From positions 1 to 36,442 of IMG/VR virus record IMGVR_UViG_3300027769_000071: 36,442 nucleotides of DNA. The stretch is one strand, 5' to 3'. Both the position numbers and the translations under genes were made by a program. The notes under the pieces were generated by a model. It searched no databases and had not been told where the DNA came from. It was given only the letters and a program-made list of their open reading frames with translations. Of this stretch, positions 6,915 through 14,972 are shown piece after piece; position 1 is the stretch's first letter; every line of letters starts with the position of its first letter. Origin of the DNA: a virus (Duplodnaviria; Caudoviricetes).

Positions 6915-6971
6915 CACGCGGCCTGCCGGAGCCGCACCCAATCCGGCATTCATCCCACCTCTAGAGCCATG
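6915..6971 (+). repeat. intergenic leader repeat, copy 2
   Basis: CACGCGGCCTGCCGGAGCC...ATCCGGCATTCATCCCACCT..AGAGCCATG. Confidence 0.75.
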
Positions 6972-7109
6972 AAACGCCTCCTCAAAAATGCCGTGATGCT
7001 CGCCGCGCTGTCGATTGCTGGCTTCTGGTGCCTCACTAGCGCCCTCGACGACATGACGCACGCTGACTGCAACGCTGGCATCAAAGCCGCCTGTGATTCC
7101 CTGAAATGA
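6969..7109 (+). CDS. small exported or membrane peptide (46 aa)
   Basis: Hand translation MKRLLKNAVMLAALSIAGFWCLTSALDDMTHADCNAGIKAACDSLK, ATGA-coupled to the next gene. Confidence 0.65.
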   Translation: MKRLLKNAVMLAALSIAGFWCLTSALDDMTHADCNAGIKAACDSLK

Positions 7110-7306
7110 ACGACTCCGACATTTACTGGACCTTTGAGACTGCTGTTCAATACGGCGGTGGATTCTTCCAACAGCTCGGCATGGCCGGACTGAAGGCTGA
7201 TCCTGGCAACAAGCGTCGCATCCTTGCGGCGTTCCCGGAGATGGTCGCCACCTACGGCACCGCCAGCAAGCTGCATCGCCACCTGCGTGATGGTGTGGCG
7301 GCATGA
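7106..7306 (+). CDS. hypothetical phage protein (YGGGF...AD..N...I..AFP motif)
   Basis: ATGA overlaps at both ends. Confidence 0.7.
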   Translation: MNDSDIYWTFETAVQYGGGFFQQLGMAGLKADPGNKRRILAAFPEMVATYGTASKLHRHLRDGVAA

Positions 7307-8091
7307 CCTCTAACGCCGACTACCACGCCGATCCGGCCATCAGCGCCAGCCACCTGCACGCCGTCGCCGCCAGCCCGTACCACTACTGGAGCCGGTTCCT
7401 CAACCCAAGTCGTCCGCCGTCGGTGCAGACCGCAGCGATGAAACTGGGCAGCCTGGTGCATTGCGCCGTGCTGGAACCTGACGAGCTGGCCAATCGCTAC
7501 GGCATCTGCCTGCCGCGCAACACCAAGGCCGGAAAAGAAATGGCCGCCGAGATGGAGGCCAGCGGCATCGAAGCCGTGACCGCCTCCGACATGGAGCAGG
7601 CGATGGCCATGGCTGGTGCTGTACGGCAGCATCCCTACGCCGCGGCCCTGTTGTCCAGCGGCAATGCTGAGCAGAGTTTCTGGTTTGATGATGCGCAGTC
7701 CGGCTTGCGGTGCAAGTGCCGCCCGGACTGGCTTGATCGCTCGACGGTGGTTGACCTCAAGACCACCACGGACGCCAGTCCGGCAGCCTTTGCGCGATCC
7801 GTCGCATCCTTCCGCTACCATGTTCAGGCCAGCCACTATCTGGCGGGCACCTTTGCCGAACGCTTCCTCTTCATCGCAGTGGAGAAGACCTATCCGTTCT
7901 GCGTCGCGGTCTATGAGCTGGATGCAGAGGCGATGAAAGCAGGTGAGACGCTACGGCGCCAGAACCTGCAAACCATCGCCGACTGCCGCGCCATTGATGA
8001 ATGGCCTGGCTACAGCACCACCTGCGAAACACTGCGGCTGCCTACATGGGCGCTCAGTGCCACCCCAACCATGACCTCCGATGACTTCTAG
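7303..8091 (+). CDS. RecE/exonuclease VIII-like PD-(D/E)XK exonuclease (DUF3799-like)
   Basis: YHA..AISAS, GSLVHCAVLEP, KCRPDW, VDLKTT, YHVQA.HY, FIAVEK. Confidence 0.85.
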   Translation: MTSNADYHADPAISASHLHAVAASPYHYWSRFLNPSRPPSVQTAAMKLGSLVHCAVLEPDELANRYGICLPRNTKAGKEMAAEMEASGIEAVTASDMEQAMAMAGAVRQHPYAAALLSSGNAEQSFWFDDAQSGLRCKCRPDWLDRSTVVDLKTTTDASPAAFARSVASFRYHVQASHYLAGTFAERFLFIAVEKTYPFCVAVYELDAEAMKAGETLRRQNLQTIADCRAIDEWPGYSTTCETLRLPTWALSATPTMTSDDF

Positions 8092-8851
8092 CCTTGCGCT
8101 CTGGACACCAGAGCAGACCCAACTGATCAGCACCACCATTGCGCCAGGATGCAGTGTTGACGAGCTGCGCCTGTTCGCCTATGCCTGCCATCGGACGGGC
8201 TTGGATCCGTTCTCGAAGCAGATCTATGCCATCAAACGTGGCGGCAAGATGACCATCCAGGCCGGCATCGACGGCCTTCGCAGCATCGCCGAGCGCACCG
8301 GCCAGCTTGACGGATCCGAGACGTACTGGTGCGGTGAAGACGGCCAATGGGCTGACGTGTGGCTTGGTAGCAAGCCACCTGCCGCGGCCAAGACGATCAT
8401 TCACCGCAAGGGTGCCAGCCATCCATTCGTTGGTGTGGCGCGGTTTGCCGACTACAACGCCGGACAGGGCCTGTGGTCCAAGATGCCCGCCGCAATGATC
8501 GCCAAGTGCAGCGAGGCCCTCGCGTTGCGGAAGGCGTTCCCTGCTGACCTCTCAGGCGTCTACAGCACCGACGAGATGGATCAATCCGTTGAGCATGTTG
8601 CTGTGACCACTACTGCAGCACATGCACCGGCACTGCCCGCCAAGGCAGGCGATGCCAAGGTATTTGCCGCTGGCAAGGCTGCCATTGCCAAGGCTGACAG
8701 TCTGACCAAACTGGAGGAGGTCACAGCACGGATGGAGGCTCGTAAGGATGATCTGAGCGATGAGCAGTACCAGCAACTGCTAGCGCTTGCCTGCGAGCGT
8801 GAAGACAAGCTGACAGCACCAGTCGCGGAGGCTGATCCCTTTGACGACTGA
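8081..8851 (+). CDS. bet: Bet/RecT single-strand annealing recombinase
   Basis: GLDPFSKQIY, IDGLRSIAERTG, WSKMPAAMIAKCSEALALRKAFP, SGVYSTDEM. Confidence 0.85.
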   Translation: MTSSLALWTPEQTQLISTTIAPGCSVDELRLFAYACHRTGLDPFSKQIYAIKRGGKMTIQAGIDGLRSIAERTGQLDGSETYWCGEDGQWADVWLGSKPPAAAKTIIHRKGASHPFVGVARFADYNAGQGLWSKMPAAMIAKCSEALALRKAFPADLSGVYSTDEMDQSVEHVAVTTTAAHAPALPAKAGDAKVFAAGKAAIAKADSLTKLEEVTARMEARKDDLSDEQYQQLLALACEREDKLTAPVAEADPFDD

Positions 8852-9053
8852 GCCGTATCTGACCAATGATGAACTGGCTAAGCGTTGGGGAATGAAGCCT
8901 TCATCAATCAAAAACCAACGCGCCCGCGGCATTGGCCCTGCGTATTACACGATGCCTCGCGTCGGGTTCCCATCTCGGACACCACGCATCCGGTATCCGC
9001 TTTCACAAGTCCTGGCCTTTGAAGAGGCCAACAACATCACACCACTGACATGA
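8841..9053 (+). CDS. AlpA/excisionase-like helix-turn-helix protein
   Basis: YLTNDELAKRWG...R..G.GP.Y...IRYPL..V..FE. Confidence 0.75.
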   Translation: MTTEPYLTNDELAKRWGMKPSSIKNQRARGIGPAYYTMPRVGFPSRTPRIRYPLSQVLAFEEANNITPLT

Positions 9054-9394
9054 GCCTTTACGCATCCGGCATCGTTCGCATCATCACTGATCCGCAGCTC
9101 CGCGCCTTCGATAGCGGCACCATGGTCTGCAATTTTGCAGGCGGCATCCAGGAAGGCAAGGACAAGCAAGGCAACTGGATCAACAATGCCATCGACATCG
9201 AGGCATGGGGCAAGTCGGCTGAGGTGATCACCGACAAGTGCAGTAAAGGCGACTCGATCATGGTGACGGGCAGCATCCGCCGCCAGGAGTGGCAGGACAA
9301 GGAAACCGGCGCCAAGCGCAGCAAGCACATCTTGAGCGTGCAGCGGTTTGAGTTCCTGCCACGTGGTGCCGCCGCTACCGAGGAGCCGTTCTGA
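9050..9394 (+). CDS. ssb: single-stranded DNA-binding protein
   Basis: DPQLR, AWGKSAE, KGDSIMVTGSI..QEWQDKETG.KRSK, acidic EEPF tail. Confidence 0.9.
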   Translation: MSLYASGIVRIITDPQLRAFDSGTMVCNFAGGIQEGKDKQGNWINNAIDIEAWGKSAEVITDKCSKGDSIMVTGSIRRQEWQDKETGAKRSKHILSVQRFEFLPRGAAATEEPF

Positions 9395-9555
9395 TGGATC
9401 TTGAAGCCACTTTCAAGCAGTGGTGGGAGGCGTCTTACGGGCGCCCTCCCGGCACCCATGCCGTGATGACCCATGCGGCTTTCGCTCAATACATCCTTGA
9501 CAACCATGAACGACCCAGTGAACCATCCTGCCCATTACACGCAGGGAGAGATTGA
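9394..9555 (+). CDS. hypothetical protein (53 aa)
   Basis: Hand translation MDLEATFKQWWEASYGRPPGTHAVMTHAAFAQYIL..., TGATG-coupled to ssb. Confidence 0.55.
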   Translation: MDLEATFKQWWEASYGRPPGTHAVMTHAAFAQYILDNHERPSEPSCPLHAGRD

Positions 9556-9721
9556 GTGCATCGATGCCATACAAGCAGCGCTTACGCCTGAAGAGTTCGC
9601 CGGTTACTGCAAAGGCAACGCGCTGAAGTACATCTGGCGCGAGCAGCGCAAAGGCGGCGCTGAATCACTGCTCAAAGCGCAGTGGTATTTAGATCGACTT
9701 CTTGTCAGCCAGATCAGCTGA
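9506..9721 (+). CDS. DUF3310 / T7 gp1.7-like putative nucleotide kinase
   Basis: DPVNHPAHY, IECIDAI, GYCKGNALKYIWR, KAQWYLDRL. Confidence 0.85.
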   Translation: MNDPVNHPAHYTQGEIECIDAIQAALTPEEFAGYCKGNALKYIWREQRKGGAESLLKAQWYLDRLLVSQIS

Positions 9722-9882
9722 TGCGGCTCTGGCATCTACTGGCCCTGGCCTTAGGTGCCAAGGCGCACAGCAACGATCGCATCGCTGATCGCGTTGCACT
9801 TATCCGCTTTTTGATCTTTCTCTCTTACTTGGTGACCAACATGTTTATTTGTGCTGGCGTTATGAGGCATTGGAATGGCTGA
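9721..9882 (+). CDS. small membrane protein (53 aa)
   Basis: ALGAKA...ADRVALIR..I..SY.VTN.FI.AGV.RHW, TGATG coupling. Confidence 0.7.
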   Translation: MRLWHLLALALGAKAHSNDRIADRVALIRFLIFLSYLVTNMFICAGVMRHWNG

Positions 9883-10465
9883 GTACAAAGCGACATCTGA
9901 GCAGTGGGCTGACGTAGGGGCATTTGCTTCTGACACTCGTGCCTGCCTCCTCGAACTCCGCGCCAGGGTTGAACAGCTTGAGGCTGGGCTAAAAGATGAA
10001 GCTGATTGCAACAAAGCTTGTACTTTCAACATTGTAGACAGAGTGAAAGCGCTGGAAGCTAAGTACGAGACCATGCGTTTGGCCACGCTGGAATGGGGCG
10101 AAGACGTGGACAAGGTGAAACGCTGGAGCGATCAGCACCTGCAGCGGATTGAAAAGCTGGAAGGCACTCGACGCCCAGCTTCAAGGGTCCAAGAAATCAG
10201 CGAGCCGCTGCAACTGACACCAGAGCAAGCGCAGCACGTCAGAGACCTACTGGCGCCCAACTCCAAGCCAACTCCTAATCCAAGCCAAATTAGGAGTTCG
10301 CTGGTGGAGCGGGTGCAGCAGGCCATCAACACCGAGTACGAGGAGTCGCTCGGCACTGGCTCCATGGAAGCCCGCGCCGCGATCCGTGAAGTGGCGGCGT
10401 GGTTGCGCGATACGCACGCCCGCGTTCAGATACCTGTCTTGCTTGAGAAGGAGGCCGAGCGATGA
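9875..10465 (+). CDS. hypothetical coiled-coil protein
   Basis: Repeated RV..LE heptads, overlaps neighbouring genes. Confidence 0.7.
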   Translation: MAEYKATSEQWADVGAFASDTRACLLELRARVEQLEAGLKDEADCNKACTFNIVDRVKALEAKYETMRLATLEWGEDVDKVKRWSDQHLQRIEKLEGTRRPASRVQEISEPLQLTPEQAQHVRDLLAPNSKPTPNPSQIRSSLVERVQQAINTEYEESLGTGSMEARAAIREVAAWLRDTHARVQIPVLLEKEAER

Positions 10466-10806
10466 CCAACCCACTTACCCCACCGCCTGGGCTGGTGGCG
10501 TCACTGCGCAACTCAGCTCCACATGGCATTCGAGATTCAGGTGTCACCCGAGAGGTTTGGCTGATCAATCACGCCTATTCCGCTGGCGCCGATCAGGAAC
10601 TGGAGGAGTGCTGTGAGTGGTTAGCGAATGAAACGCCGGAACCGTACATCAAGGCACTCCGCACCGCCCGCCGCCCCAATCCGCCGAGTTTGAAGGAGCA
10701 GGCGCTTGAGCAGTTGGATGGGATTGCAGCCGTATTCCGAATGTCTCACGGCGGCAACCTCGTATGTGACACCATCCGCCGCGCACTGGAGGCGCTACCT
10801 GAATGA
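10462..10806 (+). CDS. hypothetical protein
   Basis: ATGA-coupled; GADQELEECC.WL...RRP.PPSLKEQAL motif. Confidence 0.7.
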   Translation: MTNPLTPPPGLVASLRNSAPHGIRDSGVTREVWLINHAYSAGADQELEECCEWLANETPEPYIKALRTARRPNPPSLKEQALEQLDGIAAVFRMSHGGNLVCDTIRRALEALPE

Positions 10807-11015
10807 CTTACGTTTCAGGCCACAGCCAAGAAGTACGAGGGCTGCTTGATGCTTTGGGCATTTCGCACAAAGCCGTTACAGGAGTTCGCTTGCTTGTTGA
10901 ACCCGATCAACTTGTTCGAGTTCAAGTAGAGCGGCTGGTTGCTACTGACGAGATAGGTGAGATAACAGAGTGGATTCTCAGGCACGGCATCAAGGCGGAG
11001 CAGCTCGATGACTGA
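10803..11015 (+). CDS. hypothetical protein
   Basis: ATGA-coupled ORF. Confidence 0.6.
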   Translation: MTYVSGHSQEVRGLLDALGISHKAVTGVRLLVEPDQLVRVQVERLVATDEIGEITEWILRHGIKAEQLDD

Positions 11016-11262
11016 CCTCTCCCCCGCCGCGCAGGCCATCTGGGAAGCCTTCAATGAAGACGAAGCTGGCGTGTTTGTTGACTACGGTGACAAGCTCGCC
11101 GCCGCCCTTCGCGCTGCTGCGGATCAAGTGGTGCCGGAGCTTGGCAGGCCCCGCACGGCAGACGAGCGCACTTTGTACCACGAAGGACGACTTGATGCGG
11201 TCATTCGGCACAGGCAACAATTCCTCGCCATCGCCGCCGATCTGGAGGGTAAGGGCCAATGA
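11008..11262 (+). CDS. hypothetical protein (LSPAAQA...AAALRAAADQVVP)
   Basis: Overlaps neighbours; N-terminus shared with the gene at 12055. Confidence 0.7.
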   Translation: MTDLSPAAQAIWEAFNEDEAGVFVDYGDKLAAALRAAADQVVPELGRPRTADERTLYHEGRLDAVIRHRQQFLAIAADLEGKGQ

Positions 11263-11576
11263 CTAACCACCTAACCCAACGCGCTCAGCGCTTGATTGAA
11301 GAGTTTGAGGAAGGCGAAAGCGTCCGCGAAGGTATCGCCAATGTGCTAATTCACTTAGCTGTTGCCTGGGACAGTTACAGCGATGACACCACCCTTGTAG
11401 GTGTTCGGTGCTCAACCCTAGAAGACATGGCCGCCGAGCTTACCGCTCCGTGCCTCCTAACTCGCGCTTTGGCTGGCGACAAGGACGCTGCCAGGCAGTT
11501 TCTTTTTGAAGCTGGTTTCACTGACGAACACGGCCAACTCACTGGACCTTACAAATCGGAGCAAGCTAATGACTGA
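11259..11576 (+). CDS. hypothetical protein
   Basis: ATGA-coupled ORF. Confidence 0.65.
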   Translation: MTNHLTQRAQRLIEEFEEGESVREGIANVLIHLAVAWDSYSDDTTLVGVRCSTLEDMAAELTAPCLLTRALAGDKDAARQFLFEAGFTDEHGQLTGPYKSEQAND

Positions 11577-11829
11577 CTTTCGTGTGCTGTGCGCCCGAAT
11601 GGCTGACGAGCTGGATCATTACCGCCAGCTCCTGATGGATGATCGCCGCGAAACTCATGCGCTGGCGACTGAAGCCCGCGCCGCCCTGGCCCAGCCCGAG
11701 CCGCAGGGGCCGACGGATGAGGAGCTGCGTGATCTCTGGAGTTGGGCGGCTGGACAAGATCAAGGGCCGTGGCCGACGCAGCAGCACTGTTTCGCCCGCG
11801 CCGTCCTCGCCCGCTGGGGGTGCCAATGA
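11569..11829 (+). CDS. hypothetical protein (AALAQPEPQGPTDEEL...ARAVLARWG module)
   Basis: ATGACTGA overlap; module repeated in the gene at 12055. Confidence 0.7.
   Translation: MTDFRVLCARMADELDHYRQLLMDDRRETHALATEARAALAQPEPQGPTDEELRDLWSWAAGQDQGPWPTQQHCFARAVLARWGCQ
11679..11710 (+). repeat. 32-nt exact direct repeat, copy 1 (copy 2 at 12171-12202)
   Basis: CGCCGCCCTGGCCCAGCCCGAGCCGCAGGGGC occurs twice. Confidence 0.9.
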
Positions 11830-12062
11830 CTGAGCTCCTTACAGAAAAACCACCTAAGGTGGTCAAAGTAGATAACACCTACTGTTATGTTCATTTCTTG
11901 CGGGAAGTCGAACAAGAGATTCAGCAGAAAGCCTTTGCGGTAAATGCTGGTCTGGACACCTTTTCCAAGGCCGAACTTTTTGCTTACATGCTTTTAGAAG
12001 CAAGAGGTTACTTTTCTGTACTACCTGAACCAACAAGTGAAGAGACTCCCGACGATGACTGA
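11826..12062 (+). CDS. hypothetical protein, visibly AT-richer than its flanks
   Basis: ATGA-coupled ORF starting MTELLTEKPPK. Confidence 0.6.
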   Translation: MTELLTEKPPKVVKVDNTYCYVHFLREVEQEIQQKAFAVNAGLDTFSKAELFAYMLLEARGYFSVLPEPTSEETPDDD

Positions 12063-12570
12063 CCGCACCCTTTCTCCCGCCGCTCAGGCGGTGTTAGATG
12101 CGGGACTGCTGCATGTGGTTCACTCTAATGAGCTTGTTCGAGGGCTCATGGATGCCATGGGTGCCACTGCCGCCGCCCTGGCCCAGCCCGAGCCGCAGGG
12201 GCATGGGCCGACGGATGATGAATTGCAAAAGGCTGCCGATGCCATGCGAGACGAAGACGACACGCTCTCGTTAGTTGAGTACGCCCGCACCGTGCTCTCC
12301 CGTTGGGGCCGCCCTGCCATCGAGCCGGTGCCGGTGAGTGAGCGGTTGCCGGGGCCGGAGGATTGCGATGCGGAGGGGAGGTGCTGGGTCTACGACCAAG
12401 GCGACACCTTTACGGCTCCGGCTTGGAATCTGGAGAACAAAGCCGACCTGCAAGACCTCAAGCAAATGCAAAACGAGGGCAAACTGATCGGCCTGTGTGA
12501 GCGTTGGCGATTGGCCTGGCTCCCCCACTGGGCGCTGCCGGTGCCTAAGTCGGAGGTTCACAATGGCTGA
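12055..12570 (+). CDS. mosaic hypothetical protein with DUF551-like C-terminal module
   Basis: PVPVSERLPGPEDCDAEGRCW...WLPHWALPVP. Confidence 0.7.
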   Translation: MTDRTLSPAAQAVLDAGLLHVVHSNELVRGLMDAMGATAAALAQPEPQGHGPTDDELQKAADAMRDEDDTLSLVEYARTVLSRWGRPAIEPVPVSERLPGPEDCDAEGRCWVYDQGDTFTAPAWNLENKADLQDLKQMQNEGKLIGLCERWRLAWLPHWALPVPKSEVHNG

Positions 12571-12775
12571 CTTCAGCTCCTGCGTCGCTGGCGTGCGCCT
12601 GTCTGCGCGCGATCGAGCGACTGCCTTGAGGCTTGGCAACGGCAACATCAGCCAAGGCGTGCGGTATGCGCTGCGGTTTGCTGCTGATGAACGCGCCAGT
12701 GTTGCTCCACTGTCCGAGATCCTGCGGTCTGCCGCGAGGATGGCCGAATCCCTTGAACAGAAACAAAAGGCATGA
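12563..12775 (+). CDS. small putative DNA-binding (RHH-like) protein
   Basis: VRLS..DR..A.RLG.GNISQGVRYAL. Confidence 0.6.
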   Translation: MADFSSCVAGVRLSARDRATALRLGNGNISQGVRYALRFAADERASVAPLSEILRSAARMAESLEQKQKA

Positions 12776-13401
12776 CCACCACCTTCATCCACTGCACGCC
12801 GAACGCTGAGCAGCTGATTGTCAAGATGGCCAGGGTGAGCAACCCCGCCAACGCCGACAACACCGCGACAGCGCCAAAGCTGCTGCAGTACCTGATCAGA
12901 CACCGGCACTGGTCACCGTTTGAGATGGCCAGCCTGTGCATCAAGATTGACACCGAGCGCGACATTGCGGCGCAGATCCTTCGGCACCGGTCGTTCAGCT
13001 TCCAAGAGTTCAGCACTAGGTACGCCGAGACCATGCGGGCCGAGATTCCGGCACTTCGCCGCCAGGACACCGCCAACCGGCAGAACAGCATCGATGACTT
13101 GGATACTGAGGTGGTCGATGTTTTGCAGATGGATGCCGGTGGTGTGATCGCCGCGGCCTTCCTGACGTATCAGAACATGCTGCTGCAGGGTGTGGCCAAG
13201 GAGACGGCACGCCGGATCCTGCCGCTCTGCACGCCCACGACGCTGTACATGCACGGCACCCTGCGCAGCTGGATCCACTACATCCACGTCAGAACCGACG
13301 CTTCAACCCAGCTGGAGCACCGGCTGATCACTGAAGGCTGCCGGGCGATCTTCGCCAAACAGTTTCCCACCATTGCCGAAGCCGCCTTTGAGGCGTCATG
13401 A
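12772..13401 (+). CDS. thyX: flavin-dependent thymidylate synthase
   Basis: HWSPFE, RHRSFSFQEFSTRY signature, KETARRILP, QLEHR. Confidence 0.95.
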   Translation: MTTTFIHCTPNAEQLIVKMARVSNPANADNTATAPKLLQYLIRHRHWSPFEMASLCIKIDTERDIAAQILRHRSFSFQEFSTRYAETMRAEIPALRRQDTANRQNSIDDLDTEVVDVLQMDAGGVIAAAFLTYQNMLLQGVAKETARRILPLCTPTTLYMHGTLRSWIHYIHVRTDASTQLEHRLITEGCRAIFAKQFPTIAEAAFEAS

Positions 13402-13742
13402 GGTGCCGCTGGTGCAACGGCAAGGCCAGAGTTACCCATGTGACCCATCGCGCAGACGGTACGCATCGCTGGCTGCGGTGCTTCGACTGTGACGGCGGCT
13501 TCCGCACGCTTGAGGCCTATCTGATCCCCAAGCCAGGGCCGCCACTTGGCTCCAAGAAGTCCGGACCTGCCGCCAATGGATCACGCAATGCAGCCTCAGT
13601 GCTGACCGAAGAAGACGTGACCCGACTGCGACAGATGGCAGCAGATGGGATGATGCAAAAGGAAATCGCCCGGATCTATGGCATCATGCCCAATACGGTA
13701 TCCCGTATCGTCAACCGCAAAGCTTGGAGACACATCCCATGA
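13398..13742 (+). CDS. NrdR-like zinc ribbon fused to a helix-turn-helix domain; putative regulator
   Basis: CRWC...R..RCFDC...FRTLE followed by GSRN..SVLTEEDV...QKEIARIYGI...VSRIVNRKAWRHI. Confidence 0.7.
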   Translation: MRCRWCNGKARVTHVTHRADGTHRWLRCFDCDGGFRTLEAYLIPKPGPPLGSKKSGPAANGSRNAASVLTEEDVTRLRQMAADGMMQKEIARIYGIMPNTVSRIVNRKAWRHIP

Positions 13743-14599
13743 CATCCGACCATTTCAGGGACTATCTCAACGAAATCGCTCGGTATCCACTGCTAACGCC
13801 AGACCAAGAGATCCAGCTGTCGCGGCAAGTGCATCGAATGCTGGAACTGGAGGCAATGCCAGGCGACCGGACGATGCGCGAAAAGCGTGAGATCAAGGTT
13901 GGCGCTCGTGCGCGTGACTCGATCATCCGCAGCAATCTGCGATTGGTGGTTCATATCGCAAAGCGCTATAACTCCAGGTTGCGCCATAACAGCCTCGACA
14001 TGATGGACCTGATCCAAGAAGGCGCCCTCGGATTGCATCGCGCAGCCGAAAAGTTTGATGGCACCAAGGGTTACAGGTTTTCAACCTATGCCTACTGGTG
14101 GATCAGGCAGGCGATCAATCGAGGTATTGACACAAAAGAGCGGCTGATCAGAGTGCCGCAGCACATGATCGAGCGGATTTATTCAATCACAAGAATCCAA
14201 TCTGAGTTTGCGCAAGAACATGGACGGCATCCAAGCATCAAGGAGATCTCTGAGATCATTGACCTTCCAATGGATGAGCTAACGATGTTGCTACAACGCA
14301 ATACAACGCACTCCAGCCTGGACTCACTGGCTGTTGAGGATGGCAGCGCATTGATCGACATGATACCCAGCCAAACCGACAACAACGACGATCTAACCAA
14401 TGAATACTACGATCAGCTTCATCTGGCTTTTTTTAAGCTTGATCCAGCGGAGCGAGAAATCTTAGCCGGCCAATACGGGCTGAATGACACGCCACATATC
14501 ACGATGCGAGAAATTGGTGAACGCCAAGGCGTATCACGCGAACGGATCAGGCAGAAGATGGTGGTTGCGCAGCAAAAGTTACGTATTGCGCTCTGCTAG
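13739..14599 (+). CDS. RNA polymerase sigma70 factor, RpoD/SigA family (group 2-like, no region 1.1)
   Basis: DYLNEIARYPLLT (1.2), NLRLVVHIAKRY, DLIQEG..GL.RAAEKFD..KGYRFSTYAYWWIRQAI (2), REIGERQGVSRERIRQ (4.2). Confidence 0.95.
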   Translation: MTSDHFRDYLNEIARYPLLTPDQEIQLSRQVHRMLELEAMPGDRTMREKREIKVGARARDSIIRSNLRLVVHIAKRYNSRLRHNSLDMMDLIQEGALGLHRAAEKFDGTKGYRFSTYAYWWIRQAINRGIDTKERLIRVPQHMIERIYSITRIQSEFAQEHGRHPSIKEISEIIDLPMDELTMLLQRNTTHSSLDSLAVEDGSALIDMIPSQTDNNDDLTNEYYDQLHLAFFKLDPAEREILAGQYGLNDTPHITMREIGERQGVSRERIRQKMVVAQQKLRIALC

Positions 14600-14803
14600 T
14601 AACCCTTGCATCTCAATCTCTGCGATGTGGCCGGTCGCCTGCTTGATGAGCCTAGACTGATAGGCGTTCTGCCTGATCAGGCTGGCGCATAGCTTGGCGA
14701 CTGATTGCGAGTCATGGTGAGCCAGTGCACAACGGACTTGTTTCTCAATTTCAAGTTGCTCTTCAAGCGTCAGATTCACCACCATCCATTGACCCCAGGC
14801 CAT
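14579..14803 (-). CDS. hypothetical protein (74 aa)
   Basis: MAWGQWMVVNLTLEEQLEIEK..., TAGAAT upstream, convergent overlap with the sigma gene. Confidence 0.65.
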   Translation of the reverse strand: MAWGQWMVVNLTLEEQLEIEKQVRCALAHHDSQSVAKLCASLIRQNAYQSRLIKQATGHIAEIEMQGLLAERNT

Positions 14804-14828
14804 GACAGACAGGCATGATTCCAATTCT

Positions 14829-14972
14829 ATGCCAACCATCGAAAACATTGATGGCGTCTGGCGTATTGAGTATGCAGGCATTGTTAAAGAGCATCGCCAA
14901 TACTGGCAGGCCGATTGGCATTACCAGCAGGCGATGCGCCTTTATTTAGCCACGCGAAGCGGTGACAGTTAG
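14829..14972 (+). CDS. small hypothetical protein (47 aa)
   Basis: Hand translation MPTIENIDGVWRIEYAGIVKEHRQYWQADWHYQQAMRLYLATRSGDS fills an otherwise empty gap. Confidence 0.5.
   Translation: MPTIENIDGVWRIEYAGIVKEHRQYWQADWHYQQAMRLYLATRSGDS

Noticed and set aside
5745-6971. CRISPR-like array
   Set aside because: The repeats are degenerate, irregularly spaced and separated by whole ORFs, and no cas genes are present.
8841-9053. Evidence of lysogeny from the excisionase-like HTH
   Set aside because: No integrase, att site or CI-like repressor lies in the window, so lifestyle cannot be called.
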